64,000 nucleotides of DNA from Amoebidium appalachense (lineage: Eukaryota; Protista; Ichthyosporea). The position numbers and the translations under genes are program-made. Of this stretch, positions 37,048 to 50,769 are shown piece by piece. Each line of letters starts with the position of its first letter. Within the stretch, counting starts at the first letter, position 1. The stretch covers positions 1,453,873 through 1,517,872 of the forward strand of contig CAVNZM010000001.1 of the NCBI GenBank assembly GCA_963693365.1, in the 5' to 3' direction. Below the pieces are notes generated by a model. It had not been told where the DNA came from. It was given only the letters and a program-made list of their open reading frames with translations, and did no database searches.

Positions 37048-38213
37048 TCATCTACAGTGGTCTTCAAGTAGGTTGGGGCCCTGGCCAGTGGTCTACACAT
37101 CACCGTGTAGAGACACCTCCCAACGAAAGTCTACTGCTGTCTTCATCGATCTTCAGTGTGTGCATCTTCAGTGGGGATTTCTTCTCCACCATCCGTCGTT
37201 TATTTATATACCACCATATATATAATGTATTTATCATTAGCCACCAACACGTCACACATACACTAGTTGTTTCTTCTATATATATTTATATATCACGTCA
37301 TTGGCTACCGTCATCTTCCGAGTCTTCAGAGGCAACCGTCGTTGTGTGCTTCTTCCGTTTTGGTTTTCTTCCCCGGCTTGCACCTTCAAGTCTTCTCCAT
37401 TGTCTTCTCGAGTGGGGAAACTTGACTGTGACTTCACGGCACCTACTTCTACATGTGTGAAAGTCTTAACATCAACAGTCACATCAACAAACTTCACGAG
37501 AACCCAACTTCCAACCCTTGAGTGGGGATGTCATCTTCACTTAATTCTCAGCAAGACTTAGAAGTTGAGTTTGGTATTTATTTATTAGTTGTTGTAGTTT
37601 GTTTCCTTTTCCTTTCTTCATTTCTTTCTTTCTTTTCCGTTTCCGTGTACACGACATCTTAGATCTGTGTACGTATCGACATACGTTTGCGTCAAAATCT
37701 ATATATGTCATCCAATCATATCTCGTTTGTATTTTCCCAAATATAGTAACTTACATTCCTTTCTCATTCCTTTCCCACGACGTAGCATTGTGCTATGTTC
37801 TTCAACTATTAGGAATAATTATATTTAGACGTGTTATGATAAGAACATGTATAAATATATGTTATGAATTAATAGTTACATAAGTGGTTTCATTTTATTA
37901 AATGTTTCCGTGCTTTTATTAGAAGTTTCTTTCATTAGAGGATTGAGTTTTATATTCTAAATGTCGACAGACATTTTATTCGATATATTTTACACTCATA
38001 GTTTTCATTCTTTTGATTGGTTTATCGTTTCACATTCCCAAGTATAAAAGGGACCTCATCTTGAAATAAATCACAAGCAGTCGTATTCACTTCCTATGGT
38101 TCCAGAAATCGTTCCTCCTCTCCGGTTGTGTTTTTCCCGTGTGTCTTTGTGTTGTGTTTTACATAACACCCATCTGTGCTCTCTGCTTCTCCGTTTACCC
38201 ACACAAAATAACA
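31854..38213 (+). mobile_element. Ty1/copia LTR retrotransposon family B, copy 2 (full length)
   Basis: LTRs at 31854-32562 and 37529-38213 (the latter has a 23-bp deletion). TSD CTGGC. PBS and PPT as in copy 1. Confidence 0.97.
32639..37004 (+). CDS. gag-pol in copia order PR-IN-RT-RH, frameshift at a C tract near 35140-35150
   Basis: WHNRLGH...CFGC (HHCC), HLD / RFDSGSEF / NGVVER (DDE), then RT and RNase H motifs. Confidence 0.96.
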
Positions 38214-38933
38214 CTGGCCCCCACCGTGGGGCATCATGCCGCCTCAGCCCGACCCTGCCTTCCCCATGCCTGGGCTACTGCCGCAGCACGGTCCCCATCC
38301 TTACTTGGGCCATGTGGGCCAGCCCTCGGCTGGTGGGCAGTTCCCACCCCCTTCTCGTGCATCTGCTCTGCTGGGCCTGGCGTTGCCACCTGCTGGAGAG
38401 ACGCAGCTGCAATGGCACGATCGAAAGCAAAGTAATCGTGGCCGCAAGTCTGCAGGCAGCCAATCAGGATCTCAGAGTAGTCAGAGTAGCCAAACTAGTG
38501 TCTAATATTGGAATGTACACCAATGTAACGGATCTCATATGTGTTGTAGCGCTTCAAGTTATACCTGTTCTTCGTACAGTCATGTTGGGGGGGGGGGGGG
38601 GGGGGGGGGGGAGGGGCTAGCTTTCATTCCGAAGTTTACTGTTAAGAATTAAAATTTAGAATCTGAGTAATAGTACAGAGCCTTTGAGTTTTCTCTGTTT
38701 GTTAGTAATTCTTTGTGATTGAGAGTATGGTGTGTTAGACTATTGGTGTTAATGTGTCCTGGAAGGTGTATATTGTCTGCTGGCCGCAGTCAGTATTTAT
38801 TTTTAGGTATATATATTTATAAATGTTGGTCGCTGGCCAATAAATAGCAAATAATAAACACACGATAAAGTCAACAGTGTGCCAAAAAACTAATCCCCAG
38901 CGAGCGCACCCAGTGATGTGTGTGTGTGTGTGT

Positions 38934-38974
<41 letters not shown>

Positions 38975-38999
38975 CGCGCGCGCGTGCGTGCGTGTGTGC

Positions 39000-39060
<61 letters not shown>

Positions 39061-40257
39061 AGTGTGTGTGCGTGTGTATGTGTGGTGTGGTGTGTGCGTG
39101 GCTTGTACATATGTACGTGTTCATGTGCACCTGTGTCGGACCTACGAAGTACATGAAAGTAAATTTTGACAGCATCGATCTGCCGGTGTGTGTGTGTATG
39201 TGTGCCAGTGCAGCAGGTGTGCCTTGTAACTGATAGCTTCGCTTTTTACGTGTGTGTATATATGGTAGTACACATAGACACTTGCTGATCATTCTGATCG
39301 ACATTAATATTTAATCTGTCGGTCCTCGGTTTTTTGAGTGAATGATGATCAAGTGTAAGAGCATGCACTTGGCAAGTATTAATGTTGCAAAGGCTAGCTG
39401 CAGCTGCAAGCGTCGGATGCACACTGACAATTGTCTTTTCAGCGAGTCTAACCTGCAGGCTGCAGCTGCACACATATAGGGTTGTTATCTTGCGGCACAT
39501 GCGCGGTGATCGTTTCAGAGTAATAGAGTTCAGACCAATGAAAATAATGAAAATAACTAAACTTTGTGACTACTTTAAAGTTGCTGAGATCATACGTGGT
39601 GCAAGCTGCACTATGAACACATGTACAGTGCTAGTAACTAATACATTTTTGTTGCCTTCTGCAGGGTTACCGTAGCTACGTCACGGCCTGCACTCAGGGG
39701 GGGGGGGGGGGGAGGGGGGATGATTCGAAGGGGGTATAAATAAGAACATGCACCTAAAGGTCTTTCCCGTGGATCCTCCCCCCCCCCCCCCCCTCCCCCC
39801 CTCCCACCTCTCCCTCCCCCGGGGCCCCATACTATGATATCTAGGCCCAATATTATATGCTCCTTCCCCCCCCCCCTCCCCCTCTCCGGATCCCCGGACC
39901 CCACTTCCCTACCCGGAGGCTCAAGAGCTCCCCCCTTCCCCTTCCCCCCCCTCCCCCCCCCCCCAAGGCTTACGGGGGCCCTTCTTCATTGAGGGGGGGG
40001 GTGGGGGTGAGGGGGAGGGAAGTGGAAGGCAGGGGTGGATGCATGTCAGCCTAGGTGAATTCAATTGTTTAACTCCAGTGTACAGGACTGGTCTGAAGGC
40101 TTAAGAAAACAACGAGGAAATGGGGTCCAGTGGAAGAGGTGGTGGTGTTCTGTGTGTGTGTGTACACGTGCACGTATGTGTGTGGTTTTTTTGGGGGGTG
40201 AGTGGTGGTGGTGGTGGTTGTTGTGGTCACCGTGGTGGTGGTGTGTGTGTCTGGTGT

Positions 40258-40327
<70 letters not shown>

Positions 40328-41531
40328 TAGAAAGAAAAGCTGCTCGTGGGTCACTGTTTTTCGTCACTGTATTTGTAACGGGCCGCTCATATTTATATAA
40401 CTACTTTAAGTACACGTGTTCATTATCATATACGATGGCCAAATATAGAAATTTTGGCGTCGAAGTTCTTGGAGCTAAAAAAACGTTTAAAAGGGGGAAA
40501 TAATAGCTTGGCCCCAAATTTACCTTGCCATTTTTAGCGGATGTATTTTTTATTCATGAGTTCTAGTAATTCAGTGAGTGCATACGTGCCTGCCTCAGGC
40601 TGATCATGACAACTGCAACACACCATTCCTACATGGATATCAACCAAAAGAAAATAGTATATACTGTGGTGGTCTCCTAAACCTTGTGCGGCATGCGCAT
40701 ACATGATATTACAGTGACGCATGTGCATATTATTGTTCTGTACACCGGAGTGTGGTGCACGTGGCTGTTTTGTGCAAATGTTACAATAGCAGCACGATCT
40801 CCCTAAACTCCATGTTTACACATCCCTCACCCTGGCTCTGCCTTGTCGGTGCTCCAAAACACACATACAAATCCCCCTAGACTCAGTGCCTGCACATGGT
40901 CGCATTCACGTGCAGGTCACGTGACACATGCAATGCCATACTGCCGTCTACAGCAACAACCACGGCAGCATGTATACCGGCCCAGCACGAAATATACTTA
41001 TCGGCAGCCACTGAACTCGCCCATTTTCTCTTTTTCATGTATGACCCTCCTTTTTTGTGAAATCACCCTTTTTGGCCTCCTGGTAGTGGATTTTGCAGGA
41101 TTTGACTTCTTTGAGGTCCAAAAACCTCAAATTTTCCCCGGCAGGGCCGGGGCCCGGCAGGGCCGGGGAGGGAGAATTCAAAAATTGCCCGCTCCTGATA
41201 TGGTACCCGGGCCGTACAGAATAGATTTCGGCTCGCGCGCGCGCGTGCATCAGCTTGGTGCCCTTAGCGGTGCCCTTAGTGCCCTTAGTCACAACTATCA
41301 GACTATGTTACGTGTCCTCCACTTCTTTGTTCTTGACCATTTTTTCGGCATAAAAGGGTTTCTGTTACTTCTTGCTGTCCTTCTTAGCGTGCTTGCTTGT
41401 CTTTTTTTCAACATGGGTGTCACTGGCGCTTTCGACTTCTTTGAAATCACACGTGTACGTTGACACAAGCACGAATGCACACAGCCACACCCATACTCAC
41501 ACTCACACCCACAGCTCATGCTCACACTCGA

Positions 41532-41604
<73 letters not shown>

Positions 41605-41626
41605 GCACACACACTCACACATGCAC

Positions 41627-41658
<32 letters not shown>

Positions 41659-42156
41659 GGCGCGCACACACAGGCGCGCACACACACACAGGCGCACACC
41701 TACACAACACACACAGCACATGCACACACAAGTGCACGCACGCACACACACTGTTATCCCTGATCATGATGCCCCCTCCCCCCCTCCCTCTTCCCCCCCC
41801 GCGCACCCCCCCCCCCCCCCCCCACCCCATCCACCCACCTACAAAGACGAAAACGTTTATCTGTGTTCCAGACCGTGTGCGCTCTACTCCTCTCCCCTCT
41901 CCCGCACACAATGAGGCCCCCCCCCCCTCCCCCCCCCCCCCCCCCCCTGTGCATGCAGGAACGCACACATATGCACACGTGCGCATACGTCATATATATG
42001 GCGGTTGAGTCACAACCCATTTGCAAACCACACACGTGTGCACGCATGGACGTCGCGCACACACACAACGGCACACACACATAAATGCTCGCGCGCTCAC
42101 AGCACACATACACACACACTCACTCACAAACACGCACACACACACACACACACACA

Positions 42157-42187
<31 letters not shown>

Positions 42188-42570
42188 TCTCTCTTCTCTT
42201 TCTCTTTCTCTCTCTCTCTTTCTCTTTCCCTCTTTCTCTGATCTGTCTCTCTCTCTCTCCCTCTTCCTTCTCTCTCTCTCTAGTAGTGGCAAGTGGAAAG
42301 AAAAAATAGGTGATACCCTACTTGGTTTTTTTCTTCTCAATTTTATCTAAATCTCATCATGATGGGGTATTTTTGGTTTACGTATACACTTGGCTCAGCT
42401 TGCATGTACTGGGAACACAAGTTAAGCATGTTAAATAACGATACATTGACATATTTCAACCTGTTGACTATCAGTATGCATCATGGGCTTAGTGATTACG
42501 ACCCCGTCTCAACATTGACATCATAAAAACCAATAAACTATCTGATCCAAATCACAATGGACCCAATATC

Positions 42571-42606
<36 letters not shown>

Positions 42607-43609
42607 TATGGAACTTTCATGGTGTTACACGGAACTATTTAAAAAAAAAAAAAAAAAAAAAAAAACACTCATATACTCTTTGAACTCGCAAAGAACCAAT
42701 CCCTAATACTTGTACATGTATTGCATACACAAATATACTCGCACATATACATACACACATTCACTTTAATCTTTCAGGCTACATGTGCAATATACATTTA
42801 TTATGCACAGTCGATTAAGAATTCGTTGTGAAACCCCCCCCCCCCTCCCCCCTCCCCCCTCCTCGTTCCCTCCATATGCAATGGGGATAATATTGTTTCC
42901 CGCTATTAATTAAAAATCACCGTTCTAACTTCCTAAGACCGAACCACTTGTAACACCGACAGTTTCGGTTGTGTTGAAACCCCCCCCCCCCCCCCCCCCA
43001 CCCACCCACCACCACCTTACCAGTATACGTTACGTATTGGTACAATATCACCAATACTAATTAAATGTCGTCACGTGTGATGGTGATGGCATCCATGTAG
43101 CTCTGCAGCAGTGTGTGTGCGGTGCGTGTGTGTGTGGTGTGGAGGCCTGGGGTGGGGGGGGGGGGGGGGGGGGGGGGGGGAGGGGGGGGGGGGGGGAGGG
43201 GGAGGGGGGAGGGCCCGGTGGGGGGGGGGGGGGGGGGGGATAGACAAATACCAGACATGCATAATTGCACATTCTTTTGCAGCTACAGTTTGATGATATT
43301 TACCCACCGTGTGCACCACTTGTGACCCCAGTCTTCCGAGGTGGTGTCATAGGTGGGCGCCAACACCAATAAATTGACTGGTGACGGGTGTACAACCAAA
43401 GAAACTCAGCAGCACATATAATAACGTTGATGCTATACCCTGCCTAGTTGACGTAATAATTAGTGCACCATCGCACGCGTGACCCCCCCCCCCCCCCCCC
43501 CGGGGGGGGGTGTTTTTGCCGCGCGGTACCCCTGATATTGTAGGTATACACTGCCCCCACAACCCCAACTGTGTGCTGAATATCTCGTGCTAGGAAACCA
43601 ATAACGCGA

Positions 43610-44890
43610 AAGTAACACATGCTGCATGACATATGATGTATATGGTACAAGGGGGGTTTCAATCCGGGCTACAATGTTGTGTTTTTTTCGGGTGCCCCTC
43701 GTACTCCATAGGCACATTCACCATCCCCCACATAAACTTTGTGGTATATTTCTCGTGCCAGAAGCTGTTCTGTGGGTAGTTATTGAAAAACCAATAATGT
43801 CTAGGTAACATATGTACATATACTATGCTACAAGGGGGGTTCTATACGAGCTACAACGTTGTGTTTTTTTTGTGTGACCCTCGTACTCCAGGGGTACATT
43901 CCCCATCCCCCCCAAAAACTGTGTGGTAAATTTCTCGTGCTAGAAGCTGTTCTGTGGGTAGTTATTGAAACAACCAATAATGTGGAAGCAACACATGTAC
44001 ATATACTATGCTACAAGGGGCGTTCTATTCGAGCTACAACGTTGTGTTTTTTTCGTGTGACCCTCGTACTCCAGGGGCACATTTACCATCCCCCCCATAA
44101 ACTTTGTGGTAAATGTCTCGTGCTAGAGGCTGTTCTGTTGGTAGTTATTGAAAAAACAAATAATGTCTAGGTAACATATGTACATATACTATGCTACAAG
44201 GGGGGTTCTATACGAGCTACAACGTTGTGTTTTTTTCGTGTGACCCTCGTAATGCAGGGGCACATTCACCATCCCCCCCATAAACGTTTTGGTAAATTTC
44301 TCGTGCTAGAGGCTGTTCTGTGGGTAGTTATTGAAAAAAACAATAATGTCTAGGTAACACATGGACATATACTATGCTACAAGGGGGATTCTATACGAGC
44401 TACAACGTTGTGTTTTTTTCGTGTGACCCTCGTACCCCAGGGGCACATTTACCATCCCCCCCATAAACGTTGTGGTAAATTTCTCGTGCTAGAGGCTGTT
44501 CTGTTGGTAGTTATTGAAAAAACAAATAATGTCTAGGAAACATACGTACATATACTATGCTACAAGGGGGGTTCTATACGAGCTACAACGTTGTGTTTTT
44601 TTCGTGTGACCCTCGTAATGCAGGGGCACATTCACCATCCCCCCCATAAACGTTTTAATAAATTTCTCGTGCTAGAGGCTGTTCTGTGGGTAGTTATTGA
44701 AAAAACCAATAATGTCTAGGTAACACATGGACATATACTATGCTACAAGGGGGATTCTATACGAGCTACAACGTTGTGTTTTTTAAATGTGACCCTCGTA
44801 CTCCAGGGGCACATTCACCATCCCCCCTTATAAGTTGTGGTGAATTTCTCGTGGTAGAAGCTACTCTGTGGGTAGTTATTGAAAAAACTC
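43610..44890. repeat. Tandem array, ~183-bp unit x ~7
   Basis: CATATACTATGCTACAAGGGG recurs near 43818, 44000, 44183, 44366, 44549 and 44732, after a degenerate first unit. Confidence 0.92.
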
Positions 44891-45141
44891 AATGCTTATA
44901 AGTAACGCATCATGCGGCACAAATTGTCATCATACCATTATACTACCATCCGAGTTGGTCGACAATAACGATATATTGGGAACGTGGACACCATAATGTA
45001 AACCAAAAAATAATACCACCATAATATACTACACATACCTAACAATGTATTGTGAATGAATAAAATACTTGCTTACGTGCTGGTAAAATACGAGAAACAA
45101 GGATTCTCTCGCTCCTTTTTTTCTTCTTTTTTGTTTGTTTT

Positions 45142-45230
<89 letters not shown>

Positions 45231-45433
45231 ATGTATGTGTGTGTGTATGTGCTCGGTTGAGAGGGAAGGGGGGGGCGGATGCACCGTGTGTGTGCATGTG
45301 TGCACGTGTGTGTGTGTGTGTGCTCTGTGGAGAGGGAATGGGAGGGGGAGGAAATGCACCGTGTGTGTGCATATGTGTGTGTGTCTCTCTGTATGTGTGT
45401 GTGTGTGTGTTGTGTGTTTGTGTGTGTGTGGGT

Positions 45434-45538
<105 letters not shown>

Positions 45539-46329
45539 ATCAATGATAAGCCGGCCATGTGTTTATCATGGCGCACCGGTAAATGAATGTGGCGATTATG
45601 TGTAAATATATAAACGGAAATACATTCTAAAAAAGGACTCACTCAACGAGATGAACGAGCGTTACAAAACGTACGTGTCTGCCCCCCCCCTCCCCCCCCC
45701 CCCCCACCCAACCCCCCCTGTCTTCCCTCCTTCCCACTACGACCCCCCCCCCACCCCCCCCTGCACGTGTCTAGGTGTATAGATCCTACAGGTAACGATG
45801 GCAGGGTTAGGGTTATTCAGTGAATAATAAAAACAGAGTGACAATACATAACCAACTGCAGTGTGCATATGCGTGGATGCCCCAGTGATCGTGTTAATGG
45901 CCTATATAATCATCAGAGTGGTCATCATTAAAGCCCCATACGACCACCATAAGGATCGCTAATTATACCCCCATACGATCATCTTAATGATCTCATTCTA
46001 TGCCTCATACGATCATCATAGTGATCACATACCAATATCCATAAGATCATCATAATCATCACAAGGAGATTATCTAACGGGCGCAACTGACATGTGAATT
46101 TGTTTTTGCACGCCTCATGGAAAGCGGATGAGGCTCATCAGGTGGCCGCGTCTTAGGTATGTACAAATTCAAGTCTACTTTCCCTATGCCGCATTAACAA
46201 TATAATAATAAATGTTTTAACACTACTTACCTAGGCGAGGGTTGTCAATTAAGAATAGCACAGTGACCAAGCAAAGCAAAATACATGCAAAAACCATATT
46301 TGCACGCCTCCGTGTGGTGATACCAAATA

Positions 46330-47688
46330 TGGAACAAAAATTTAGAGTAGCCAATCCGATAGCGCCTGCTCATATTCCATGCTGCTGTGATTGGCTTAAT
46401 CATGAGCCGCCCGCTGCGGCGGACAGGCCGGTGGCACGCTTCGATGCGGCACACACGTGCACTCAGCGGCGGCAGCAGCACACATGTACGGAACGTGGCA
46501 CCTGTGAAACGCGAAAAGACACTGTCTATTTGAAATGGCAAATGCAGCGTACATTGGGACTGATGTTGGTGGTGCATTTACGTCAGAGATGGTGACCACC
46601 CGCGCTGATTATTTCGTGAATCGTCATGGTGCGTATAAGTGTGTAAACCGTGCATGCGTATAAGCTATTTCAAGCTCAAGATCGCCACCCTCCAGGCTAC
46701 TGTGATCTGTGCAAGCAACATGGCATCAGGTTGCTCTCGCAACACTTCCCCGACTCCCACGGCGAGGATTTTAGAGGTTATAGTGGCTATCAAATGGGTG
46801 TGCTACTGCAATCCCATTGTGTTCCCAAGCCTGACCAAAAGCTGGTGTGGGCCTTAAATGCCGACGCAGATTTTGAGCGGGCTGCATGGAACGCGTACCG
46901 CAAAAGATCAAATCAGGCTGGATACCGCAACACAGACGAGGGAAAACGTACCCACCGCTCCCTCCAGCTGTTGCAACGACAAGTAATCAATGCATGGGGG
47001 TTTTCATACTGGCGTTTTGGACGGTCCAAATGGCAACATATAACTCGTTGTCTTGCACTTGATACATACAAGATGGTGAGGGATAACGTTATGTCACAGT
47101 CTACTACTGCAGAGCAACAAGCTGAAGCTACAGCGGCTAGCACTCGTTTCGCACAATCTTTCTTTGAACACATGGACGGGCTCAGGAACATCCTTGCTTT
47201 AAATCGGGAAAATTCGCCAGCTGTACGTGAACTGAAGGAGCAAGGAAAGTGAAATTACACTTGGGATGACGGAACGGTGGTGGAAGTAGGGTTTGAGGAG
47301 GTGAAACAATGGCAATTGTTGGGGACTAAAAATCAGAGGTTTTATGTGCAAGCCAAATGGGAAACCGTGCTGCCCCCCACGCGAATTGACTGGTGGCACC
47401 CTGACACTAAAGCAGAGGTCAACAGGGTATTCCAAGGGCTTTTGAAAGAGAGGGAGCAGGAACTTTGGGCAGGCCATATACCGTTTCATGACCACAAGGG
47501 ATGCCAACCTCAGCCTGCATAGAAGCACCCCAATCGACATGGGAGAATACCTCCCAGGGTTCATTAACGAGAAGGGCGGCGCACTTGACAACTTTGAGTT
47601 TCCGTCGACCCTGGAATTGTGTGGTTTTCACGACCGTGCCCAAGAGCTATTCATGGCACAGGGAGAAGCTGTGCAAGAACAAGAGTAA
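46330..47688 (+). pseudogene. Frameshifted intronless ORF of unknown function with a Cys/His-rich N-terminal part
   Basis: Protein-like segments 46242-46595, 46650-47252, 47277-47522 and 47488-47688 abut in shifting frames. Confidence 0.45.
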
Positions 47689-48036
47689 AATTGTAACTTA
47701 CGTAAATGGTGGTAGGAGCGAATGAAGTAATAGGTCATAAATAGACAGTTAACGTTAACTTGCCCTTTGTGTGACCAGGTGGTCGGAGGCCCAATAGATA
47801 AGCTACACGTGTGGGTCAATGGGTCATTTTATTTATAAACATGCTATGTATTATCCAGACTAAGTGCCCATTTGGATACTTGATTGTGTACGTTAGTGGT
47901 GTGGCTGGTTTAAATGATATCTATTTTCCCTTAATAGCGCTCATTCCGATATCTTGGCGGGCACACAGGATGCCATATGGAAATAAACAGGCCCCTGAAT
48001 GATATCCTGATGGGTATCAGAATGGTTACACACAAG

Positions 48037-48229
48037 GGGGTTTACGCTGTTTACTCGAGGCAAAGAGAACCAGTCTCAGGTATGGGGGGGGTTTTGCTCG
48101 GAATATCCCCTCAGCGGTATATCATGATCACGTACATAGATGTCGGGTGGTGACTATATATCAGGGTTTACTTTCTCTACGAGACACCATAAAGACTACA
48201 AGGAGAAATCAATTAGTTGGGGTTCCCCG

Positions 48230-48263
<34 letters not shown>

Positions 48264-48335
48264 TTTTTAATTTTTTTAATTTTAATTTTAATTTTTTTTA
48301 AAGGGGCTTCCCTCGGGACACTCGGTATCAGCTGG

Positions 48336-48408
<73 letters not shown>

Positions 48409-49390
48409 TGTGTGTGTGTGCGCTATAATTTTGTAGTGATGTGTTTCTCAAGCCAATCAATACATCTAATAAACAGGTCGTAGTTACGCGTGTTTAGTAT
48501 AAAATCAAGGATGTTGTAATTTACAGGTAGGCTATCTTTCTGGGTGTCTGTTGTGAATGTGACGTGTGTGTGTTGCGGTATTATGTGGTCTATCAAACTA
48601 CATTTGGCGATACATGACCGGTTAAACTGGTGTGTGTGTGTGTTGTTTGGGCATGCAAATGATGCCACCTTATACTTATTAGATCTCCACTGTATAGCAC
48701 GTGTACAGTAAAAGCGTGGTAATTGATCAATAATACCATCAGCTAGAGAAAGACCAGTTCTACAGGAAGGTAATATGTATTTAGGTGTTATACACTTGCG
48801 AGTGCCATATTTGGCAATATGGTTGAGGCGGTCAGTATATATAAAACGAGACATAAGGCTTAGTTTTTCAAGGTGTATGCTTTCATCGGGTCTAGTGTCG
48901 TGTGGTATCTTTTTCCATTTGTTATATTGCGTGATTATCTTGTGATTGTGTACATGTTTAATAAGTAAGTGGCAGTCCAAAGTCACACACACACTATTGC
49001 GGGGTTTATTTGTATTTGTGCCCAGGGGAGAAGGGGAGAGAGAGGGGAGGAAAGAGGGGGGAGGTGAGGAGGGGACAGGTCGGATAGAGAAGAGAGGGTG
49101 GGAGGGCAAATACTTCTTTAAGCGGCTTATGTGCTTATTGAATTTCAGCGCGAGATAGGATACTCTAGCAGCTATTGGGACCAGACCATATATCGAGAGC
49201 GTTACAGGCCCAGGTTTACAACAGTTGTTAGATAGAAAGGAGGCAACTTCTGCTTCAAGGAAATTTGCCAAGGGTTTAAGCGCTCTAGTTCTCTCTTTCT
49301 TGATCCAAGCGGCGAGAAGGGGTAAACCATATTCACATGCCGGGAAGACAAAAGTGCGAATAAATGTAAGTCTAATAGAAGGATGGAGGG
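48037..49390 (-). mobile_element. Non-LTR-type retroelement family 1, copy 2, 5'-truncated
   Basis: Near-identical to about 1396-2722. Ends CAGCGTAAACCCC. No TSD seen. Confidence 0.93.
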
Positions 49391-49606
49391 ACCGAATGCA
49401 TGTTTTTGATTGGCCGGAGAGCTGCGTCCAAATAACATCCAATCAAAAACCAGGTTTCTAATGTCCCACAATCAAACGCGCAATCAATTTTGAAGCCGCA
49501 TATAATCAGATCGTGCATGGCCACCTGTATAGGCATTTGGTATCCGTTTAAGGAATCGTTCGAGTGTGCGCCTATGGTCCGATCCCGGGCCATGAACGCA
49601 CACTAG
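49391..49606 (+). mobile_element. Probable Helitron 3' end fragment
   Basis: Hairpin ATGGTCCG-atcc-CGGGCCAT at 49574-49593, followed 9 nt later by CTAG|T at 49603-49607. Confidence 0.5.
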
Positions 49607-49789
49607 TACTATTGCTTAGCTGGCTTCTCCTCAATTTTTTTTATGTGGGTAGCCTATTAGGTATGCATGTAAAGTAATTAAATTTCTCTCCCTTTATTCA
49701 CTTTTTACAAAACGATATTGGAGTGGTATCTTATTTTGAGCCAAAAGATCTCATATTACTATGTGCGTGGATCGCGAACAAGTATCCCG

Positions 49790-50340
49790 ATAGGTATCGG
49801 AATGATATTGGGATGATATAGTATGGGATACATCTGGTGTTGCAGAAGAGGATATTGGAATGATATCGTACAATTATGTCACAACATCTCATAATGATAT
49901 ATTCGTGGGAATAAACAAATATCTGAGAAGTAAAACATAGGCATTGGAATGATATTGTTATGATATAGTATTGGATACATCTGGTTTTGCAGAAAAGGAT
50001 ACTGGAATGATATCGTACAATTATGTCACAACATCTCATAATGATATATTTGTGGGACTAAACTAATATCTGAAAAGTAAAAAATACATATCGGAATGAT
50101 ATTGTTATGCTATAGTATTGGATACATCTGGTTTTGCAGAAAAGGATACTGGAATGATATCGTACAATTATGTCACAACATCTCATAATGATATATTCGT
50201 GGGACTAAACTAATATCTGAAAAGTAAAAAATACATATCGGAATGATATTGTTATGCTATAGTATTGGATACATCTGGATTTGCAGAAAAGGATATTGGA
50301 ATGATATCGTACTATTATGTCACAACATCTCAGAATGATA
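49790..50340. repeat. Tandem array, 147-bp unit x ~4, within a GATATC-rich element
   Basis: TGATATCGTAC at 49861, 50008, 50155 and 50302. Confidence 0.88.
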
Positions 50341-50769
50341 ACGTTGTGGATACTGTCCTAATATCGGAAAGGGGTATAAAAATAATCAAGATATCCGAAA
50401 GGGCCTATTTAGATATTGTGGAGGTATATGAGGATAGTATATCTCTGTGATATCCAAAAAAGTTCTTTCATATCCATTTGGTATCCATTTTTCATCCGGA
50501 AAAAAACAGATATATTCAGTTTTTCATAAAATTTTATGATAACTATCTAATATCATTTAGATAAACGTTGACTATCTCAAAAGATATGTAATTGGATGCC
50601 GGATGCCATACGCCCATCTGCAATATCTACATCCCCATCCCGGAGGGGTATCGGGATGGAAAACGTTGGATGGGCGCCTAATATTAGAACGATATTAGAC
50701 CAATATCTGTTTTGGAATTTCGGTATCTATGATATCATGAATGTTTTTTGGATGGGGGTCGTCCTTTGC

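Larger units (their letters stand above)
21930..38505 (+). pseudogene. Spliced DDE-type transposase-like gene with an embedded DEDDy 3'-5' exonuclease, disrupted by two copia insertions
   Basis: Approximate exons 21930-22770, 23295-23825 plus 29519-29530, 29947-30153, and 30543-31853 plus 38219-38505. Motifs FYTDRCC, VGLDCEW/VGKQIGTD/YAALDAY, LNDAFH, GCLSDP, RCIRGTNEVEGAVH, HYSPW and a C-terminal CxxC..C..C. The frame continues across both TSDs. Confidence 0.75.

Noticed and set aside
43610-44890. CRISPR or coding repeat
   Set aside because: The whole unit repeats, with no unique spacers and no sustained ORF.
45803-45815. Telomeric repeat GGGTTAGGGTTA
   Set aside because: Only two units, internal.
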